A stretch of DNA of 64,000 nt from an uncultured Gammaproteobacteria bacterium (lineage in GTDB: Bacteria > Pseudomonadota > Gammaproteobacteria > Arenicellales > CAJQKF01): positions 33,041 through 97,040 of the forward strand of contig CBFGVH010000001.1 of NCBI GenBank assembly GCA_965652415.1, written 5' to 3'. Shown here in pieces: positions 57,855-64,000 of this stretch (the stretch's first letter is position 1; the number at the start of each line of letters is the position of its first letter). The position numbers and the translations under genes were made by a program. The notes below the pieces were generated by a model. It was given only the letters and a program-made list of their open reading frames with translations. It made no database searches and was not told the origin of the DNA.

Positions 57855-57887
57855 AAAACGCCGCCGCACAGGGCGGCGTGCGGCGGC
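57855..57887 (-). terminator. hairpin/attenuator between acpP and fabF
   Basis: On the minus strand: 10-bp stem gccgccgcac/gtgcggcggc followed by gtttt. Confidence 0.5.
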
Positions 57888-58003
57888 GGTTCGGTATCGG
57901 CTCGGAGAGGGTTTCGCAGTCGACTCCAGCGTTGGACAGCCCGTCGATGTTCCTGAATGAGACCCGTGAGTTCGACGGAGCCGCCGGGGTGATGCGAGTA
58001 CGA

Positions 58004-58249
58004 TCAGGCGCTGGCGTTTTCCCGGATGAAATCGATAGCCTGCTTTACGGTGGTAATCTTCTCGGCATCCTCGTCCGGAATCTCGGTATCGAATTCCTCT
58101 TCGAGTGCCATGACAAGCTCAACAGTATCAAGCGAGTCCGCACCGAGGTCGTCGACAAACGAGGCTTCCGGAGTCACCTGGTCCTCGTTGACACCGAGCT
58201 GCTCGACGACGATCTTCATGACGCGCTGTTCAATGCTGCTGTTACTCAT
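58004..58249 (-). CDS. acpP: acyl carrier protein
   Basis: [19 protein letters not shown] carries the phosphopantetheine-attachment Ser; 81 aa. Confidence 0.96.
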   Translation of the reverse strand: MSNSSIEQRVMKIVVEQLGVNEDQVTPEASFVDDLGADSLDTVELVMALEEEFDTEIPDEDAEKITTVKQAIDFIRENASA

Positions 58250-58502
58250 TAGTGGAAAGTCCTCCAGTTAGGATGAGTCGGGACCCAGACTCCGGCAAGT
58301 GTCCTGATCGTTTCGGACCGAAAACCCCCGGCCCATTCTCGGGAGCGCAAACTTAACACTATTCGCGCTGGCAAGTCCACCACGACCATGACCTTCCTTC
58401 GCCCGGAAAAACAAAGCTTTTTTCCTATCTCGATCAAACAGTTAAGCGGGTTGCACGAGGCGCTTGAACGGGCCGCCGAGAAGGCCCGGGAAGCGCCCCG
58501 CG

Positions 58503-59255
58503 TCAACCCATGTACATACCCCCGTTGACGTGAATCGTCTGCCCGGTCACGTACGCCGCCGCAGGCGACGCCAGGAACACGACCACGCCCGCCACCTCCT
58601 CGGCCGAACCGAGTCGGGCGAGCGGTATGGCTGCGAGCAATCGCTCTCGCTGCGCCTCGCCGAGCGCGCTCGTCATGTCGGTTTCGATGAAACCGGGCGC
58701 GACCGCGTTGACCAGTATGTTGCGCCCGGCCAGTTCATGCGCCAGGGAACGGGTGAAGCCGATCATTCCGGCCTTGCTCGCCGCGTAGTTGGACTGGCCG
58801 GCGTTGCCGGTGACACCGACCACCGAACTGATGTTGATGATGCGTCCGAAACGCGCCCTGGTCATGCCGCGCAGGCAGGCGCGCGTCACCCGGTACAGGG
58901 ACTTCAGGTTGGTGTCCATGATCTCGTCCCACTCGGATTCCTTCATGCGCATCAGCAGGTTGTCGCGCGTGATTCCGGCATTGTTGACCAGTACTTCGAC
59001 CGCACCGAACTCCTGCGCGATACGCTCGGTGACCCCGCTCACGCTGTCGGAGCCGGATACGTCGAGCATCATGCCGGTGCCCGTGATAGATGCCTTGGCG
59101 AGATTCTCGGTGATGGAATCCGCGCCCGCCTGGGTCGTTGCGGTACCGATCACGGTTGCGCCTGCTTCGCCAAGGGCGTGCGCAATTGCACGGCCGATGC
59201 CTCTGCTGGCGCCGGTGACCAGGCACACGCGCCCGTCCACGGTATTGGTACTCAT
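58503..59255 (-). CDS. fabG: 3-oxoacyl-ACP reductase
   Basis: TGASRGIG, NNAGI and YAASKAG motifs, in fab-cluster context. Confidence 0.93.
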   Translation of the reverse strand: MSTNTVDGRVCLVTGASRGIGRAIAHALGEAGATVIGTATTQAGADSITENLAKASITGTGMMLDVSGSDSVSGVTERIAQEFGAVEVLVNNAGITRDNLLMRMKESEWDEIMDTNLKSLYRVTRACLRGMTRARFGRIINISSVVGVTGNAGQSNYAASKAGMIGFTRSLAHELAGRNILVNAVAPGFIETDMTSALGEAQRERLLAAIPLARLGSAEEVAGVVVFLASPAAAYVTGQTIHVNGGMYMG

Positions 59256-59272
59256 CTGTTAGTCGCTCCTCG

Positions 59273-60238
59273 TCAGTATCGGGCCAGCACCGAACCCCAG
59301 GTGAAGCCGCCGCCGAATCCTTCCATCAGGACCAGGTCGCCACGCTTGATGCGGCCGTCGCGCACGCCGACGTCGAACGCCAGCGGAACCGAGGCGGCGG
59401 ACGTGTTGCCATGCTCGGCGACGGTCACGATGATTTTCTCGGGCGGCAGGCCGAGACGCTTGCCCACTGCCTGGATGATCCTGAGATTGGCCTGGTGCGG
59501 CACGAACCAGTCGATGTCGTCGACCGTGATGCCGTTGTGCCTGAGCGCTTCGAGCGCGCAGTCGCCCATGGCCGTCACCGCCACCCGGAACACCTCGCTG
59601 CCCTTCATGCGGGTATAGGCGCGCCCGGCCTCCACCTCCGCGTTGCCGGTGGACACCCCGACCGGGACCCAAAGCAGTTCCTTGTAGGCGCCGTCGGCGT
59701 GGATGTGCGATGAGAGGATTCCGGGCTCTTCATCGGCCTGGATCACCATCGCACCGGCGCCGTCGCCGAACAGGACGCAGGTGGTGCGATCGTTCCAGTC
59801 GATGATGCGCGAAAACGTCTCCGCCCCGATTACCAGCGCGCAACGCGACGCGCCGCAGCGAACGTACTTGTCGACGACGTCCAGGGCGTAGATGAAACCG
59901 GCGCACACCGCCTGCACGTCGAACGCCGGGCAGCCGCGAAGTCCGAGGCGCTTCTGCACGAGGGTCGCCGTGCTCGGAAAGACGAGATCGGGGGTGGTGG
60001 TGGCGACGACGATGAGGTCGATGTCGGTCGCAGGCACGCCGGCCGCCTCGATGGCATTGCGCGCCGCGGCCTCGGCCAGGTCGCTCGTGTACTCGCCCTC
60101 GGCCGCGATCGCGCGGCGCTCGATCCCGGTTCGCGAGCGTATCCACGCGTCGCTGGTGTCGACCATGCGCTCAAGCTCATGGTTGTCGAGCCTGCGGCTC
60201 GGCAGGTAGGAACCCGTGCCGGTGATCTTGCCGTACAT
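59273..60238 (-). CDS. fabH: 3-oxoacyl-ACP synthase III
   Basis: Catalytic Cys (AVCAGF), HQAN and GNTSAAS motifs; 321 aa. Confidence 0.93.
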   Translation of the reverse strand: MYGKITGTGSYLPSRRLDNHELERMVDTSDAWIRSRTGIERRAIAAEGEYTSDLAEAAARNAIEAAGVPATDIDLIVVATTTPDLVFPSTATLVQKRLGLRGCPAFDVQAVCAGFIYALDVVDKYVRCGASRCALVIGAETFSRIIDWNDRTTCVLFGDGAGAMVIQADEEPGILSSHIHADGAYKELLWVPVGVSTGNAEVEAGRAYTRMKGSEVFRVAVTAMGDCALEALRHNGITVDDIDWFVPHQANLRIIQAVGKRLGLPPEKIIVTVAEHGNTSAASVPLAFDVGVRDGRIKRGDLVLMEGFGGGFTWGSVLARY

Positions 60239-60241
60239 GAC

Positions 60242-61270
60242 TCAGGCGGTCGCACCGATCTGTGGGCCGTCGTCCATGGCCTGGGCGAGCGCCGTCTCGA
60301 GATGTCCGATGACGTCGCTTCGCACCTCGGCGATGGCGACCTCGATGGCATGGGCGAATCCGGTGACGTCGGCACCGCCGTGGCTCTTTACCACCGTCCG
60401 GGTCAGGCCGACCAGGCTGGCGCCGTTGTAGCGGCGATGGTCCATGCGTCGCTTGACCGACCTGAGTACCGGTACGGAAACCAGCGCCGCAAAACGCGTC
60501 ACCAGGTTGCGGCCGAATTCCTCCCTGATGATGGAGCTCAGCATCTGGGCAAGGCCTTCGCCGGTCTTCAGCGCGACGTTGCCCGAGAATCCGTCGCAGA
60601 CTATGACGTCAACCGTCCCGTTGAAGATGTCGTCGCCCTCGACGAAGCCCTGGTAGTTGATCCGGCCGGAGCGAAAAAGCTCCGACGCCCGCCGGATGGT
60701 CTCGTTGCCCTTGATGTCTTCCACGCCAACGTTGAGCAGGCCGACGCTCGGCTCGGGCTTGTTTTCCATGCAGCGAACCAGGGTGCTTCCCATGATGCCG
60801 AACTGGTAGAGAATCTCGGGCGGCACGTCGACGTTGGCGCCGAGATCGAGAACGTGAACGTGTCCCTTCGCGCGCGGCAGCGCCGAGGCGATTGCCGGCC
60901 GGTCGATTCCGGGCAGGGTCTTCAGGACGAATCGCGCCGTCGCCATCAACGCGCCCGTGTTGCCCGCGCTGACGCAGGCCTGGGCATGCCCCGATTTCAC
61001 CTGGTCGATGGCCACGCGCATCGATGAATCCTTTTTCGAACGCAGGGCCTGCGCCGCCGGTTCGTCCATGCCCACAACCTGGGTGGCGTTCACGACGTGC
61101 ACCCGGTCGCGCCCCGTGGCGCTTTCGAGCCGGGCCGAGATCTGCTCGCGCGGCCCGACCAGGATCAACTCGACGCCGGGAACCCGGCTCGCGACGTCGA
61201 GCGACGCGGGAACCGTCACGTCCAGGCCGGTATCGCCGCCCATGGCATCTATGGCGATGGTTATCGCCAT
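60242..61270 (-). CDS. plsX: phosphate acyltransferase PlsX
   Basis: [13 protein letters not shown].. N-terminus, full-length PlsX-like; rpmF-plsX-fabH synteny. Confidence 0.93.
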   Translation of the reverse strand: MAITIAIDAMGGDTGLDVTVPASLDVASRVPGVELILVGPREQISARLESATGRDRVHVVNATQVVGMDEPAAQALRSKKDSSMRVAIDQVKSGHAQACVSAGNTGALMATARFVLKTLPGIDRPAIASALPRAKGHVHVLDLGANVDVPPEILYQFGIMGSTLVRCMENKPEPSVGLLNVGVEDIKGNETIRRASELFRSGRINYQGFVEGDDIFNGTVDVIVCDGFSGNVALKTGEGLAQMLSSIIREEFGRNLVTRFAALVSVPVLRSVKRRMDHRRYNGASLVGLTRTVVKSHGGADVTGFAHAIEVAIAEVRSDVIGHLETALAQAMDDGPQIGATA

Positions 61271-61439
61271 GTGTCCTGCCTTTGTCTACCCGTCAGCGGG
61301 CGTGATGCGGACCCGTATGGCGCCCTCGCTCGTCCGTCCAGGCGGATCGTGGAGACTTTCGGGCGCGCCTCAGGCGCCGCCATCGACGGAACCGCTCTTG
61401 TCCACCGGGACAGGCCGACGTGAAACGACCGTGGCGCGA

Positions 61440-61631
61440 CTATTCGTCGCTGGCGACGTCGCGGTCGGCGATCACCTTGCGGCCGCGGTAGTAGCCGTCG
61501 GCGGTGACGTGGTGACGGCGATGAAGTTCGCCGGAGACGGGGTCGACCGAGAGCGTGGGGCTGCCCAGGGCATCGTGCGAGCGCCGCATGCCGCGCCTGG
61601 ACGGGGTCTTGCGATTCTGTTGTACGGCCAT
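61440..61631 (-). CDS. rpmF: 50S ribosomal protein L32
   Basis: [22 protein letters not shown]..; AAGAGG SD 9 nt upstream. Confidence 0.95.
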   Translation of the reverse strand: MAVQQNRKTPSRRGMRRSHDALGSPTLSVDPVSGELHRRHHVTADGYYRGRKVIADRDVASDE

Positions 61632-61640
61632 TGAAATAAT

Positions 61641-61678
61641 CCTCTTGCGAAATCAACCGCCTCATGCGAAATCAACCA
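61641..61678. repeat. tandem 19-bp direct repeat (2 copies, 17/19 identical) in the rpmF leader
   Basis: cctcttgcgaaatcaaccg | cctcatgcgaaatcaacca. Copy 1 contains the rpmF Shine-Dalgarno sequence on the minus strand. Confidence 0.9.
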
Positions 61679-61825
61679 AGTACAGGCGGCGCCGGGAGTT
61701 GCCCCCGTGTCTGCGCTATGGTAACCGATTCGGGCGACGGTAAAAAATCGGCGAATCATATAGATGTGGCCGTTACCTGTCAAAGGCGTCGCGGGCGGCG
61801 ATTCGCGGGATATACTCGGCCCCCC

Positions 61826-62413
61826 ATGGAACCCCTGCCGCCGATCATCCTGGCTTCGTCGTCGCCCTACCGGCGCGAGCTGCTGGCGCGCTTGGGACTG
61901 CCGTTCGAATCCCGCAACCCCGCGGTCGACGAAACCCCCGGCGACGCCGAGAGCGCCGCGGAGTTGGTCGAGCGGCTGGCGATTGCCAAGGCCCGCGCCG
62001 TGGCGGTCGACATCGAGCATGGACTGGTCATCGGATCGGACCAGGTCGCGGCCCACGACGGCAGGATCGTCGGCAAACCCGCCGACCGCGCGGACGCCGT
62101 GCGCCAGCTGCGCGAGGCGTCAGGGCGCACCGTTGTGCTCTACACCGGCCTCGCCCTCGTCAACACGGCCAGCGGCCGACTGCACAGCGGCGTCGAGGCG
62201 TTTCACGTCACGTTTCGCGAATTGTCCGACCGAGCCATCGAACGCTACGTCGACGATGCGCAACCGTTCGACTGCTGCGGCAGCCTGCGCGCCGAAGGCA
62301 GCGGCATCTGGCTGCTCGAGTCCCTGCGCGGAAACGATCCCAGCGCCTTGATCGGCCTGCCGCTGATCCGGCTGTGCGAGATGCTCGCCATTGAGGGCGT
62401 CACCCGCTACTGA
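61826..62413 (+). CDS. maf: Maf-family nucleoside-triphosphate pyrophosphatase (YceF-like)
   Basis: PPIILASSSPYRRELLARLGLPF.. N-terminus. Start is at ATG 61826 (195 aa). Divergent from rpmF, as in other gammaproteobacteria. Confidence 0.88.
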   Translation: MEPLPPIILASSSPYRRELLARLGLPFESRNPAVDETPGDAESAAELVERLAIAKARAVAVDIEHGLVIGSDQVAAHDGRIVGKPADRADAVRQLREASGRTVVLYTGLALVNTASGRLHSGVEAFHVTFRELSDRAIERYVDDAQPFDCCGSLRAEGSGIWLLESLRGNDPSALIGLPLIRLCEMLAIEGVTRY

Positions 62414-62429
62414 CCGCGCCCGCTCCTCA

Positions 62430-63350
62430 TCATCGCATCATCAATCGGGGAATGCCGGCGAGATCGCCGAGGGTCCCGGCGACCGAGACCCGGATCTCGC
62501 GCACGATGCGACCCAGCAGGCCGTCGCGCGGGGTGTAGTCGATGATGCTCTCTTCGCCGATCACGTCCCGAGCAAGGGAGTCGACGGTGCCGAAACCGTC
62601 CACGAGCCCGAGCCGCAGGGCGTCCTCGCCGCCCCAGAACAGGCCGCTGAACAGGTCCTCGTCGCCGGGCTTCAGGCGTTCGCCGCGACCGTCCTTGACC
62701 GCGTCGATGAACTGGCGATGGACGGAGTCGAGCAGGCCGTGGGCGAATTCGACGTCGGACGCGTCGATGGGCAGGAACGGATCAAGGAACCCCTTGCGCT
62801 CCCCGGCCGTGATCAGGCGCCGCTCGACACCGAGCTTCTCCAGCGTGCCGACGAAGCCGAAGCTGTCCAGGCGAACGCCGATCGAGCCGACGATGCTGGC
62901 CGGGTCGGCGTAGATCTCGTCGGCCGCCACCGCCGCGTAGTAGCCGCCGGACGCGCAGATCTCCTCGACCACGGCATAGACCGGCACGTCGGGATGCAGC
63001 GCCTGCAGGCGGTCGATCTCGGCGTTGATCTGGCGCGCCTGCACGGGGCTGCCGCCGGGACTGTTGATGCGCAGGATGATCCCCCGCACGTCGTCGTTCT
63101 CGAAGGCGCGCCGCAGGGCGTCGCCGATGTTCTCGGCGGAGGCGTGCTCGCCGATTCCGATCACGCCCTCGATGCCGATCACGGCGGTATGGCGGCCGGG
63201 CTCGAGGCCCGCGCTGCGAAGCGCGGATACCGCGATCACCACCACCAGCAGCGTCATCCAGATGCCGCGGGCGATCCACCGGCCGCGCCGGTAGCGTCGA
63301 TACTCCGCCAGCACCTCGCGCACCAGCCGTTCGATACGATCTTCGTTCAT
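62430..63350 (-). CDS. sppA: signal peptide peptidase SppA (36K type, S49)
   Basis: TM anchor followed by an S49 domain with the RINSPGGS active-site region. Start is at ATG 63350. Confidence 0.85.
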   Translation of the reverse strand: MNEDRIERLVREVLAEYRRYRRGRWIARGIWMTLLVVVIAVSALRSAGLEPGRHTAVIGIEGVIGIGEHASAENIGDALRRAFENDDVRGIILRINSPGGSPVQARQINAEIDRLQALHPDVPVYAVVEEICASGGYYAAVAADEIYADPASIVGSIGVRLDSFGFVGTLEKLGVERRLITAGERKGFLDPFLPIDASDVEFAHGLLDSVHRQFIDAVKDGRGERLKPGDEDLFSGLFWGGEDALRLGLVDGFGTVDSLARDVIGEESIIDYTPRDGLLGRIVREIRVSVAGTLGDLAGIPRLMMR

Positions 63351-63360
63351 GGAGTTTCGC

Positions 63361-63768
63361 TCACCTGAGGCGGGAATCAATCGTGCGGCCTGCTGCCGGC
63401 ATCGACCCGGCCCCCGCGGGCGTTCGGCAGACGCTGACCCATCGCGCACCCTCTTCGACAGCGAGGCACTCGAGAGACGCGCCGGCGCACGGCCCCGCGA
63501 CGCAGAACCCGGTTGCGGGCTCGAACAGGGCGCCGTGGGTCGAGCAGACAAGATAACGGCTGTCGCGGCAGAAAAACAGTCCCGGCGCGAGGTCGAGCTC
63601 GAGTTCGAGATGGGCGCATCGGTTCACGTACGCACGCATGCCTGCGGGCGAGCGCACCAGGAAAGCCGCTCCGGCGTCGCCGGCATCGAAGCGCAGGCCG
63701 TACGGCGGGGCCGGCACGTCGTCGGCCCGACAGCGAAACACGACCGTCTGCCCCTCCCGTCGGTCCAT
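63361..63768 (-). CDS. Rieske [2Fe-2S] domain protein
   Basis: CAH..(18 aa)..CSTHG is a CxH/CxxH Rieske ligand pattern. Start is at ATG 63768 (135 aa). Confidence 0.75.
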   Translation of the reverse strand: MDRREGQTVVFRCRADDVPAPPYGLRFDAGDAGAAFLVRSPAGMRAYVNRCAHLELELDLAPGLFFCRDSRYLVCSTHGALFEPATGFCVAGPCAGASLECLAVEEGARWVSVCRTPAGAGSMPAAGRTIDSRLR

Positions 63769-63773
63769 GCTCG

Positions 63774-64000
63774 TCAATGCTTCCGGGGAAGCGGATGCAG
63801 TCGCCCCAGCACCTGCTCGAGCGCTGCGCCAAGGCGAGCGGCGCACCGCACCTTGACCCCGGTAACCGGGTGCGGGAACTCCAGGTTCGAGGCATGCAGG
63901 AACATTCGCCCGAGACCCACCTCGGCGAGGCGCCGGTTGGCGGAGAAGTCGCCGTACACAGGGTCGCCGGCGATCGGGTGGCCGGCATGGGCCAGGTGCA
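63774..64000 (-). CDS. rluC: RluA-family 23S rRNA pseudouridine synthase (RluC-like), C-terminal fragment; 5' end lies outside the window
   Basis: Reverse translation ..HLAHAGHPIAGDPVYGDF..GLGRMFLHASNLEFPHPVTG.. is typical of the RluA-family C-terminus. Confidence 0.75.
   Translation of the reverse strand, partial: HLAHAGHPIAGDPVYGDFSANRRLAEVGLGRMFLHASNLEFPHPVTGVKVRCAARLGAALEQVLGRLHPLPRKH

Noticed and set aside
61472-62056. 194-aa minus-strand ORF upstream of and overlapping rpmF, considered as the 'missing' yceD (DUF177).
   Set aside because: Its translation is R/G/A-rich junk. It overlaps rpmF in another frame and lies antisense to maf. It has no DUF177-like CxxC pairs.

Overview
GC-rich chromosomal segment (roughly two-thirds G+C by eye, not computed) with gammaproteobacterial core synteny. 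The core blocks are kdsB'-PTP-nagZ / efp / udg-uvrC-pgsA-tRNA(Gly,Cys)...tRNA(Leu), rnd-mpl-dsbA, trpD / dnaE2, and rluC'-Rieske-sppA / maf / rpmF-plsX-fabH-fabG-acpP-fabF-mltG-tmk-holB-pilZ-tatD. Accessory transport and metabolic modules sit between them: (1) a TctCBA + aldo/keto reductase + hydrolase operon; (2) a TRAP(DctPQM) + HisD-like + SDR + Zn-ADH operon with a divergent LacI-type regulator and a GMC oxidoreductase; (3) an MttB-family methyltransferase + EamA transporter + GlxA/AraC regulator unit; (4) a BacNav-type voltage-gated channel; (5) a 748-aa sensor kinase with an OmpR-type regulator; (6) a bactofilin; (7) a 907-aa AsmA-like protein. I find 4 tRNAs, no rRNA, no CRISPR array, and no integrase, transposase or phage genes. 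The window is almost completely tiled by recognisable genes, and I do not see a convincing wholly new multi-gene system. The best leads are: the hpsKLMNOP-like TRAP/dehydrogenase operon with two LacI-type operators; an orphan dnaE2 whose SOS box abuts its ATG; a BacNav channel with an acidic TFEDWTD filter; an MttB-family enzyme with no corrinoid partner; a candidate sRNA between two terminators; a secreted hypothetical protein with a Cys-His-Asp pattern; and several AT-rich palindromes. Many long ORFs in the supplied track are antisense or alternate-frame artefacts of high GC. Several real genes start downstream of the longest-ORF start, and I give the adjusted coordinates.
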